A stretch of DNA of 64,000 bases from Sphagnum compactum (lineage: Eukaryota). Within the stretch, counting starts at the first letter, position 1. Each line of letters begins with the position of its first letter. The position numbers and the translations under genes are program-made. Under the pieces are notes generated by a model. It was not told the origin of the DNA. It worked only from the letters and a program-made list of their open reading frames with translations, and ran no database searches. Location: NCBI GenBank assembly GCA_965153455.1, contig OZ234493.1:2480001-2544000 (forward strand). The letters run 5' to 3'. Shown piece by piece: positions 24,934-36,015 of the stretch.

Positions 24934-27322
24934 CACTACTAGAAATCTTGTCATTTGCAACCAGTCACTATGCAACTGGCATGCAACTGGTTGTCGTTTG
25001 CAACTATCTTGGTCATGTTTGCAACTACAAATTCGGATTTGTATAATTTTTGGGCCATACGGTTGTGTGTGCAACTAACATGCAACTAAATGTGTACAAT
25101 ATGGACACGTGTCATAAAAATAATGGCCTAAACTTATACATACTTAAATACTATGCTTAATATATCTACATAGGTTATATATAATAGTATTATGTACCTC
25201 TAGTACTAAGGTTAACCCCATGCTAACTTAGGCTAGTCTAAACTAACCTAGGTTAAATAAACAAAAAAGTTAAACTAACCATGGCTAAATTTATTAGATT
25301 AAATCGATTATGGCTAATTAAATTAATTTAAATTAACTAGGGCTAAATTAAGTTAGGCCAAACAAATTATGGCTAAATCAAGTTAGGCTAAATTAAATTA
25401 AGTTAAATTAAACTAGCTAGGCTAAAATAAACATGGCTAAATTAAGTTAGGCCAAACTAATTATGGCTAAATTAAATTAGGCTATAATAGTTATGGCTAA
25501 AATAAATTAAACTAAATTAAATTAGGATAAAATAAATATGGTATAAATTAAATTATGCTAAAATAAATATGGCTAAATTAAATTAGGCTAAAATTGACAA
25601 TGGTTAAATTAAGTTAGGTTAAACTAATTATTACTGAATTAAATTATGTTAAAGTAAGTTAAATTAAACCATGGTTTAAATATGTTTGACATTATTTTAT
25701 TTTGGAATATTTTTTCAGAAAATGTACATTTGATTAAACAAAAAATTATTCAGAATCAATTAATATGATAATATTTTAAAAATATTATAAATAATCATAA
25801 TTATTAATTAAATGTTTATTATAATTATAGTGATAATAATTATATATAATTAATCAATAGGTATTATATATTTAAATTTCATTATTTATGTTAAAATATT
25901 AATGTAAATAGGCTACATTAATTAACCTACAAGTATATAAACATCCTAAGCAATTATTAATTTAAACTAGATAATAATATTAAAATCATATTTTCATCAA
26001 GTATTCATAATTATTAAATATCCTATAATCACCTTTGAAGTGTAAAAGAAAAGGAGTAATGAAAAACTAACAAGAAGAAAAATAAGGAAAATAAACTTTC
26101 CAAGTTATAAAACGTTTTGTTTTTTTTCTTAAGACCCCTCTTACTTTCAAAGCTCATAACTTTCTTATTTTTTATTCATTTTAAACGATTTAAAATGTTG
26201 TAGGAGCGCCATCTAAAGTCCTACAAATCACATTGGAACTCTAATAGCAAAAAAACAACATAAATTGAACTTTCTAGGTGTTTAAGAACCGGCCTCAATA
26301 GTTTTTTTTTTGAGTTTTTTGACCCCCTTTACTTTGAGGGGCCATAATTTTCTCATTTCTAATCTGTTTTCAACGATTTTTAGTGTGTTAGATGCGCCAA
26401 GAGGAGGGTTTCAAGTTGTGTTTGGACACCAAAAGCAATAGAGCCCTCCCCTGGCTGTTATACTTTAATACAGTAGTTGCATCTAATGTGCAACTAGGCT
26501 GGTCCATGAGGTTTGCAATGGAATGTTTTAACCCATATCTTTTGACTTCTAATTCTATTTGGTTCAGTATATAAATAGGAGCAATAGTTCTATTGAAACC
26601 AAATATCAAGTGCCATTGGGGATGAGCAAATGAAAAAAACTTGACCTTTATGAAATGGTCAAACCTAAAAATAAAATCAGATTATTTTAAACCTATTTAT
26701 ATAACCTAAACCTAGCTTTTCAACCTACTTACATACCTAAATAAATTTACTTACTTAATAGGGTTTAATTATTATCTACCTACCTAGGCACCACGTGTCA
26801 ACATTTTATTAGCCATAGATTTCATTAGTTAATATTTTAAAAATTAAAAATAGGTGGGCCTTGATTGCCACGTGTCACCATATAATTGGTGTTAAAAATA
26901 TTGAACGCGTGTCAAATAGTCAATGAACGTTCCATGGTGTGCCACGTGTCATCATCTTAATGGCAAAACTTTAATGATTGAGATTAATCCAATGAATTTT
27001 TAATTTTGAAAACAAAAAAAGTTAAATAATGACACGTGTCCACAAGCTAGTTGTCTAATTTTTAAACATGTGTCATGTTTTGATTAGTTGCATGTAGTTA
27101 CAAAGAAAGTTGCACATAAGGTGCAACTATACTGGATTGGTATGTATGTATGAACATGTATACTAACACCGTATATACATGTTGCATACGTAATGTCGCA
27201 TGCAACTGCATGTCATGTGCAACTTCTCTTAGGCAACTGCACAAATTTACAGTTGCATGTGTCGCATGCAACTGAATTTCAATTGCAAACGACAGTTGCA
27301 AAACCCAAAATTTCTAGTAATG
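24934..27322. mobile_element. Non-autonomous CACTA (EnSpm) element, 2389 bp, 3-bp TSD ACC
   Basis: Left TIR CACTACTAGAAATCTTGTCATTTGCAAC; right TIR (reverse complement) CATTACTAGAAATTTTGGGTTTTGCAAC. TSD ACC at 24931-24933 and 27323-27325. TGCAAC subterminal repeats at both ends. Removing it restores the RT frame. Confidence 0.93.
25220..25680. repeat. Degenerate ~15-bp AT-rich tandem repeat (TAGGCTAAATTAAAT-like) inside the CACTA element
   Basis: Repeated ggctaaattaa/gttaggc/tatggctaa units. Confidence 0.8.
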
Positions 27323-28199
27323 ACCTTAGTAGTCTACCTTGGACACAAAATTTTGCCAAATGGTATTATGACTCATTGGGCCAAAGTAGTAACCATTTTG
27401 GAGATGCCCAATCCTACTGATGTTCACACTTTGAGGAGCTTCATCGGACTATGTAATTACTACAAGATTTATGTCCAAGACTTTAGTACTATTGTTCATC
27501 CTCTCTATGCATTGTTAAAGAAGGATGTTGTTTAGACATGGAGTGAAGGGGCAGGAATCTTTCAACACACTCAAGGAAAAGCTTTCAGAGTTCCCCATTC
27601 TGAGAAGACCTGATTTCAGCAAGGTCTTCATTCTACACATTGACTGGAGTGCTCTTGGTATTGGTGTTGTTCTTGGCCAACTTAATGAGGAAGGCAAGGA
27701 ATATGTTATCGCCTATGCATCCCGAAGCAACAACAAGGCTAAGAACAACTACTCTTCATACGAAGGGGAGTGTCTTACTATTGTATGGGCCGTCATACAT
27801 TTCAAGCCTTATCTTTATGGCACCAAGTTCACTTTGTATATCAACCACCAGCCTATCAAGTGGTTGATGACCAACGACAAACTTACTGGTAAGTTAGCTC
27901 GCTGGGTGCTTATATTTTAAGAGTATGAGTTCAAGGTTATTCATCGACCTAGTATTACACATCAGAACGTGGATACAATGTTGCGGAGACCCCTCACTAC
28001 CTTTGAAGATTTCTCAAAAGCTAGGCAAGGCTTCGACCAGATTCTAGCAGTACATGTATATTATGCATCTAGTTATTTTGCATTACTGCAATGTAACCTG
28101 GTTGAGCATCCCATTGTGAATATATGGGAGGATTTGGGCACTCTGAGGTTTCTTGAGCATGGGGAATACCCTCCCCAAATTACATCAAGTCATTAGGGT

Positions 28200-29320
28200 C
28201 GCATACAACAGCGGTCCAAACACTACTCATGGAGGGACAATCACCTCGTTCGATGCTTACCACAAGGCGATAGAATGGTTCCTCCACCACATGAACGGCC
28301 TGGTCTTATTCAGAAGGTACACTCGGAGCTTGGACATTTTGGAGTTAAGCGTACTTATAGCCTTCTCGCTCCTCATTACCATTGGAGAGGTATGTATGCT
28401 CAAGTCCGAGACGTCATTGCTAGGTGTGAACAATGTGATGGAGTGAGATTTCCTTCTCCTCTTGACAGCTCACGCTTTCTCCACTCCCTATTCAGAGCAT
28501 GTTCTATCGCTGGTCATGTGATTTAGCTGGAGAGTTACCACAAATCTCCAAGGGCAATGTCTACATCATGATTATGATTGAGCATTTTTCAAAGTGGGTC
28601 GAACTTGTTACGTTGTCGGACAAGTCATCATACAACACCAGCCAGGCTTTCTTACAATAGGTCCTAAGTAGGTTCGGGGCTTGTGATGAGTGCCTTATTG
28701 ATCAAGGATCTGAATTTAAAGGAGAATTCTAAGACCTACTTGATCATGCTCTCATTGAGCATCGTAGGGATCATCCCCAAGCTGATGGCCTTGCAGAGAG
28801 GATGGTTCAGACATGCAAGAAGGGACTTCGAAATATTTGCCTCACTGGGAACAAAAAGGATTGGGACCTAGCCCTACCTTACATCGCCATGGATTACAGG
28901 ATGTCCAAACATGCCTCTTTGTCTCATTTTGTTCCTTACTTTCTACTTTTTGGGAGACATCCCATTCCACCCTCTTCCATTGCTGCAAAAATGGACCATG
29001 TTGTGGACTTTGACTCCCTAGCCACTTGGGTTACGGTCATCGCAGAGAGGGCTGTTCTATTTAGGAAGGTTATGCCCATGGCCATGGAGAACTTGTCCAT
29101 TGCACAACATCAAGACACCTTATGGCATGCACACACGAGGTGGTAGTTACAAACCTAAGGTGAAACAATTTGATGTTGGTGATTTTGTGTATCTCCAACA
29201 ACAACCTAATGATGCTCTAGACATTTCTTTCGGTCGCACTATCTTGAGGATTAAAGCGATTAGGCTTTTAGGTGTGTTGGAGTTGCAAGGAGTTAACGGA
29301 CGCACAATTTGAGACCACTC
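28200..29320 (+). pseudogene. Ty3/Gypsy DDE integrase
   Basis: HHCC: HSELGHFGVKRT..HWRGM..CEQC. Catalytic core: WSCDLAG (D), LIDQGSEF (D), HPQADGLAERMVQT (E). Also WDLALPY, PYFLLFGR and the C-terminal FDVGDFVYL. Confidence 0.9.
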
Positions 29321-29402
29321 CAAAAACTGTGCGCCCTACCACTTGTTGAACTTGGATCCCACCATCATCACATTGACTTGGATTCCTCCACTTGACTATC
29401 CA

Positions 29403-29537
29403 TGTTAGGTATGTCAGAAGACATATGGTGCTGATCAGATGTTGCTTTGCGATAATTGTAATGGTGGATACCATCTGTTCTGCCTCAAGCTGGAGCTCAC
29501 TCAAGTTCCCGTTGACATTTGGTACTATTCATCATGT
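29403..29537 (+). pseudogene. PHD finger at the integrase C-terminus
   Basis: C*VCQKTYGADQMLLCDNCNGGYHLFCLKLELTQVPVDIWYYSSC fits the C4HC3 spacing and has the conserved Trp. The 7th ligand is decayed (TAT for TGT). Confidence 0.88.
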
Positions 29538-31239
29538 TCTCCTGTAGCACCTTCATTTCTACTCAGACCATGCCACGCTTTTCCCGGCTCAAGTCTGGGG
29601 GGGGATACATGAGAATTTCATCTCAGCCTCCTCTTGTGCATTGTATATATATGTGCGTGCATATCTTTTTGGTTGATTAGTTTCTACCTTTGACTGGTTT
29701 TAGTCTTTTTGTTCAGTAGAGTTTACCATGGATTTACACCCTTACGACATGCATGTCACGACACTACACGTCATGACAAAGTAATGCAAAAAGGAGAGTA
29801 ATAGAGTGAAGAGGAGATCAATAGTGTGAAGAAGAGAGCAATAAGGTGAAGAGGAGAACAACAACACAAAGGAGAACAGAGCGTGAGGAGAGGAAAGCAG
29901 AATGTGAGGAGAAGAAAACAAAGTGCAAGGAGAAGGAGAAAGGAGAAATTGGGGCCGGAGTTGAGCTCGAGCCCCATTTTATTCTAGATTTAGGGTTTTT
30001 GTTTTTTTTAGGTTTAATGGTGACACCCACAACAATTCTTTCCCTTATAATAGCCTACACTGACGCCCACAACTTCTTTTTACGTTATAATGGCTTGCAC
30101 TGGCACCCATAGTTTTGTTTTGATCCCCTTAACAACCTACTCCCTAAACCTAAATCCCTCTCATATCCATATCCGGGCATGGATTTAATATCCGCCCTAA
30201 ATATCATATTTTCAAAAAAAAATCTATCTGAATATTATATGACTGAATATCAATTTTTTTGATATCCAGATGATTTCAAAAGTGATATATTAAGCGATAT
30301 CTAAATTTTCAAGATCTTTGCTCAACACTAGTCTAAACACACTAGACTACCCCTTCCCCCCCTTTTTATAAACTTAAAAAGAATGTGTTTATAATTATTT
30401 ATAACCATTATTTGAAAATTTCAGAATTAAAAAACTTAGTGCTGAAGTTACACTACAACAAAAGGTGTCCCTATATGCCAAGTGATTTCATTGGATTTTG
30501 AGTGAATCCACTGGTTGTAGTGAACGAGGACCAATGAAGAAGCAGTAAATTCATTATTCTAGTGAACGGGGACTAGTGAACTACACCCACATTTTGTAGT
30601 AATGTTAAGATTTGGAATTTAATTAATTATTTGACAGTTTGTTGCCAAATCCAATCAAGGAGTATGATATATCCTTTACCTCATGTTTTATTCCATTGCC
30701 AATTTTTTGTTTGTATTATGAAAAGTTCAATTGACAACTGGCAATATCCAAAAATACTAGCCATCCCAAAATACACATGGCTATAGTTTCTCTATGAAAA
30801 CGTGGCAATAAGAAGCCACCTAGGTAAGTTGATAGAAATGACTAAAAAATCCTTGGATCAAGTATAAGAAAATTAGGTATTGAAAATGCCTATTGATGAA
30901 ACCCTGGCAAACTCCATTAAATAAAACACCTAGTAACGACAAAAAAGAAAAGAAGGAACAAAGAGAGAGGACCCAAGTCCCAACCAAAAGAGCAAAACTT
31001 AGAGTGTGTTACAAAGGGGCACTAAAATAATCATGTTCCAGAGCCCCCCCACCCCCTCCCACCCCCACCAATGGTAAGAAGCATGTCAAAAAAAAAAGGC
31101 AAGAAGTTTCTTATTACTTGTCGAGATTTGGCAATAGTTATCTTTGATGGGTATACATGGCCCTCCCATGTTTCTGCCCATTACTAAATCCAAAACTCTG
31201 AAATTAAGTCCAAAAACCCATTGCATATAACCGCATGTG

Positions 31240-32385
31240 ATCTTCTACCACCCCTAGCCTGTGCGTGTTTTCTTCCATTTGAATAACTCATTGGGCAACA
31301 AATGGTTCAATTTCAAGATTTTAATCATGCCCTTTCCAACATGCTCTCTGATGGGACATTTGAGGTTCATGTGCCCAAATTTTATCATGTTTTGGCCTAG
31401 GGGTAAATGCTTAGCTTATAGTTCGACCAATCTTCCTAGCCTTTCAATTATATTCTCCAGTTTTTTGCACAACATTTCGTATGTGACTTGGATTACCCCA
31501 TTCCTCAATTGCAAGCATCCCTCGATGTGTGTGCACACATCCCATCAACATTATGGGTATCCACCTTTTATGTTGTGCTCATGGTAATGAACGCATTGGA
31601 ACCCATGATGTAATTTGTGACACCTTTTCCACCATTGCATGAAATGTTGGTTTCCACGTGGGACGTGAACAATTACATGCACTTCCTTTAACCACATTCA
31701 ATTCCTTTCGTCGACGAGTTGACATTGTGCTTACCAAAGATGACATTTGCACCTTGGTTGACGTTGTCACTGCTGACCCAACGCGAACGGATTTACTTCC
31801 TCAATCTTGCGCAACTCAAGGATTTGTTGCATCGGATCAAAGAAAGGAACTATTGCAACAAATCCTCGAACCAAGGAAAGAAACTATTGCAACCGACACC
31901 CCCACTGATCAATTCCTCCCCTTAGCAATTGATGTATTCGGTTGCTTACATAAACATGTTGATGTGTTTTTACATGACTATGCGAATGCCATTTGGAGCT
32001 TGAAGGGGACATAAGGCATTCATCTTTCTACCTTGGTCACTTTTCTTTATCAAAAAGTTTCGATCACATTACAAAGGATGCAAGTGTCTTCCATCTTAAA
32101 TCAGGTGATAGCAGTAGGTTTAATTACTTCTTGATTTCCACCCCTTCAAGACACACCTCCCATCATCATGGCTGACCTATTGCGAGCTGTCGATTTTTGA
32201 CATGTAAATATGGCCGACCTTCCACAAGTGGTCAATTATGGACATACATAGATTTTCATAGCAACTTTGAGCCAACTTGGCATCATGTCACTTCTAACTT
32301 TTATTTTATTTTACTCCTCTGTACATTTCCCTAATCTATGATGTGTTTCTTAATAAAGATTTCCAAGTCTTTAATAATAAAGCAT
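31240..32385 (+). mobile_element. 5'-truncated CRE-like non-LTR retrotransposon (zinc knuckle plus restriction-like endonuclease)
   Basis: CVCTHPINIMGIHLLCCAHGNERIGTHD..RRRVDIVL..TLVDVVTADP..FLPLAIDVFGCL, followed by a 3' UTR ending in aataaa-rich sequence at ~32350-32380. Confidence 0.75.
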
Positions 32386-32924
32386 TTAGGCCCACATCCA
32401 TGTAAAAGGGGCCATTGATTTATGCTGCAATTTCAGCTTTGTAACAAGCTTTTCAAGTTTTGGAACTTCCTAGTCCCCAAAAGTCCATAAACCCTAAACC
32501 CTAAAGTCTCTCACCAGTAGACCCTTGATCTGAATGCTGCATTCATTCATGTCACAAGAGAAGTTGTTAACAGTTAAAAATGGAAGATGATGATGATGGA
32601 TGGTGAGACTAATCAAGTCGCAGTGCGATCTAGTTGCTGCCAACTGTAACCCGTGAGACTTACAGCAAATGGCAAGGGTTAGGGTTTAGGGTCCAGTTGT
32701 TCAACTGAAGGACATTGGGTCAAGAGTAAAGCAACCTGAGAACAAGGAAAAACAGTTCGGGGTTCCGCGTTGAAACGACCCTGGCGGCGACGACGACGCT
32801 CTGACGTTGATGTATACTGTGTTGCGCGCCATCACTACCGAGTCCGCGTCAGTTCCTAAATGCCGTCGTGGTGGTGGTGAGTCTTATCAGAATTCCGTTC
32901 TCCCCTCGTCAGGCGGGAGTTTTG

Positions 32925-34386
32925 ATGCGGCGTTGCCCTCAAGGAAACATGACACCACAACTGCAGTTGGTGCTGCTAGTGATTTGGACTCTCCTCTTTT
33001 TCGAAGCCGCATTTCCGCAGCTTCTCAATGCCGCTGCAAGTAAGACTTCAGTTGTAATCCCTGCCTTTACGTTACCATAGTCTACTGGGGTTTTGGCCAC
33101 ATTGTTACTCGGTTTTGCTTTCTCTTATTTGTGAATCTATTTTCCTGCATCCTCGAATTCTGGGATCTCTAGGAGTCCTGTGATTGGGTCCCTGGCATTT
33201 TATTGCTTTGCTTTGACTACTGTGATTTTCCCAGCCCAGTTTTACTGCCTTTCCGGTATGTTTCCTTCACCGCATTTTGGTAGCTCTGAGCCATTCTCAG
33301 TTATATCCCTTCTCTTTCGTTCTGTATGATTTTGGTTTGGCAATAAAATCGCAACTCCTTGTCCTTATTTTATTTTCCGTAGTAGCTCATGCTACAAGCT
33401 TCACCGGAACCCATAACATTTGGACACAGATGCTTGAGAGATCACCCCGCTATGCTGTTTTGGTTTCCTCCCTTTCTCTGAGATGTGTCATGTCTAAACT
33501 CTCCATTGTACACATCCTTTGGATCTGGTCAGATTGGAGCTTGCTCTTTTAGCTGCGTTCCATTGAATAAGTTCGATTTTAATGGCAGTGTCTTGAAGTA
33601 AATATGGTTTCAAGGTCATTGACACTCGGTTGGGAGTTATAGTGATCATTGGGTTTCTAGTTTCAAGTACTTCTGCATGTTGTGTTTCCAGTTATGATCT
33701 ATGGTGAATATGGGACAGGTGAAGAACTAAGTGAGAAGCGCTTGCAAATCTATGAAGGATCAGATATTGGGGCCCGGAAGCTACTCCAAGCAGTTCAACG
33801 TAAGCTTTCTGATTACTAATCTTGAAGGTGAAGCAACACCCATGTGTCCAAAGTGCAATATTTGATTATAGAAGAGCTTAATCTCTCTTAGTGATATCTA
33901 TAAAGCTCAACCAATACCCTAAAGTTGCAATCAGCTATGTGATTGGCCATGTGCAACACTTGCAAAATGACTAATTTGTGTAACCATGGTTTTTGGCTTA
34001 CTTTCTTTGGTCTTTCTGTGACAGAATGCCCAGTGAGTTTCGAGGTGCAAAACTACTCATCTATTACAAGTGTGTGTGTGGCCCCTAACTATGATAGCAC
34101 CCTTTGCTGTCCTCCCTTTGTTGCCTTCGTGTGCAAATTTCTGACCTACTTCAACGATCAATCAACAGATTGTGCAGCCACACTCTTTTCATACCTGAAT
34201 CTTGCGGGACATTATCCAGCAGGCCTGTTTGCAAACGAATGTACAGGTGGACCACAAGGCATTGCATGTCCAATAGTTCCAGCGCCATCTCCTGATCCAT
34301 CAGGTGTTGTTTTGATTAGGCCAAAGCTAAGTTCCTTGGCTTTTATGTCATTGTTTGCACTTCTTTTCAGGGTTTTGATTTTTTAG
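32925..34386 (+). CDS. LLG: LORELEI-like GPI-anchored protein (LLG family), 3 exons, ~185 aa
   Basis: Exons 32925-33039, 33719-33799 and 34025-34386 join in frame (558 nt). Hydrophobic signal peptide, GARKLLQA, the 8-Cys domain CPVSFE.NYS.ITSVC..CC..F.C..CA..LFSYLNL.GHYPAGLFANEC..GI.C, and a hydrophobic GPI-signal C-terminus. Confidence 0.9.
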
Positions 34387-36015
34387 GCCCTATTTCTCTA
34401 ACCTTTCAAAGTATAAGATAGAGCTTGGGAGCTTTTGTCTCCTTTAACACTGGAGGTCCATCTTTGCAGTCTGTGTCTCAGTCTTGGTTCCTTGGAAGAA
34501 GATTTCATAGGTTGGGATGTGTGAAGGTTTGGTTTTCTAGGTTCAAGTGTTGAACTTCAGTGGTGTTAGATGGCAGATGATGTTATCATCCCCCTTAGTA
34601 TCCACTGTCCAAATATTTGTGCAAGGCACAGACACTTGCAATGCCAACAATGATATAATTTTGGAAGCACATGGTGGATGTAAACTGTGATTAAATCCTT
34701 GAAAAGAGAAAGAAGGAAAGATGCAAGACAACTTGTTTCTAATGAACATTTGACTAATACACACAAAGGGATTCTTACATGAACCTAGATCCACCCAATG
34801 ATATTTCTTTGGAGAGTGGCTACTCTATGGAGAGTATCTTTCCAGGACATATGAAGGCAACAATGTGGGCATTTGGCACAAAGCACTTGCTTTCAAAGAC
34901 TGCCTGGCTGTGATGGTGCTCTGCTGCTCAAGTGTAAGCAAAAGCATGAATGAAAGGCTAAAAAATTGTGTCTCTGAGAATCTTGTGGTTGTTTTGTTGC
35001 ATGAGAATTTGCAGCTTTCTTCAGGGAGATGCAGATTTGAGAGGTAGCAACTCTAGTTCCAGTACCTCTTACAACACTTCTGTTTGTTCCCAGATATGCT
35101 TGGTAATCAATACTGGTCTAGAAATTTGTTGTCCAAATGCAGCCAAGAGCCTGAAGTATGCCATCACAACAACTTAATGAGGTTTACCTGACAGCAATTG
35201 TGACATCTTTTTGTTGAATAAGTCATATTTGACAAAGCCTTGGTTGATGATACATTTGTGTAGTCACACTTTTGTGCTTTCAGCCATTTCTACATTGAAC
35301 ATTTGTGATGTTTACTGTAATTTGACATTAGTGTAAGATGTGTCATTACCAAATTCAAGTGTGAAGACCTACTGCTGCAAGTAAGGCCATATTCTGTTGT
35401 GGTGCATTCCTTGCAGCTCTGTTCCCAATGTCCAAATGTTCCTTTGAGCCTGTCCACATTGGTTTGCTTGAAGCCAAGTTAATTGATCTGAGAGTTGTAG
35501 CCCAATAGTGCTGCTGTTCAATTGTTGAAATATAGCTGTTCATTGATCTGCCTAACATCATTAGTTTGTGGAACCATCCAGAAATTCATCAAGAAAAATA
35601 ATGGACGAGTAGTGCTTACAAGAACAGCAAAATGAATGATGACAATGCACTGTAAGGCATATCATAACCAGTAGGCTTCTCCTGCCTAGCCGAGAGTTTT
35701 GGCTAAACTTTCTGCAAAGGCTGCTTGAGGTCCATAGGTGATTGACTTGAATCATGGAGTGACTCAATGAAATTCATGGGGTGCAGCAACTTGGTTACTC
35801 TTATGGTTAACATCCTCTCGAAGGCACCTGCCAATGAGAAGCCACTGTCCAACCACACTTGGTGCTGGTGGAAATTTCATAAATTTTCATCCTGGTATTT
35901 AACCAAGTTCCAGGAATCAATCACTGTACTATTTATGTGGATCTATTTTTGTTGCGCACTTTGATCGAAGGGTTGGCTGGGGTGTGCTTGTGTGCAGGGA
36001 AGGGCGGGTCCATAG

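Larger units (their letters stand above)
24270..27990 (+). pseudogene. Ty3/Gypsy reverse transcriptase and RNase H (interrupted by a CACTA insertion at 24934-27322)
   Basis: RT: KRMCEDYR, DRYPMP, DLRQGF, WLVMPFGLKNAPVFFQRVMD, YINDILV (YIDD decayed), KKCEFAIT|LVVYLGHKI, LRSFIGLCNYY. RNase H: FILHIDWSALGIGVVLGQ, YSSYEGECL, YINHQPIKWL, KLARW. Confidence 0.92.
18739..29778 (+). mobile_element. Decayed Ty3/Gypsy-type retroelement encoding Gag-PR-C5 DNA methyltransferase-RT-RNase H-integrase-PHD; TGTCATG...CATGACA termini, 4-bp TSD AAGT
   Basis: TSD AAGT at 18735-18738 and 29779-29782, 7-bp inverted termini, Gypsy domain order (RT-RH-IN), and a PPT-like G8 run at 29597-29604. Many stops and frameshifts. 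Confidence 0.9.
17677..30330 (-). mobile_element. 5' fragment of a hAT DNA transposon (pieces 30330-29783 and 18734-17677), split by the Gypsy-type element
   Basis: Minus strand ~18010-17680 reads ALCWSFYYVNNN..HMMRCLLCH..LRKGLVTYYKISGITCL*KHLDADH..RQSTKKR..SSIFEFFASKDP. This is a BED finger colinear with the hAT transposase at 37300-37650. A TAGTGTTG terminus with GATATC/TATCC subterminal motifs ends at 30330, and the purine-rich flanks on both sides of the insertion are compositionally continuous. The second terminus was not found. Confidence 0.65.

Noticed and set aside
34860-35960. Additional gene downstream of LLG
   Set aside because: The short ORFs have no recognisable motifs or consistent exon chain.
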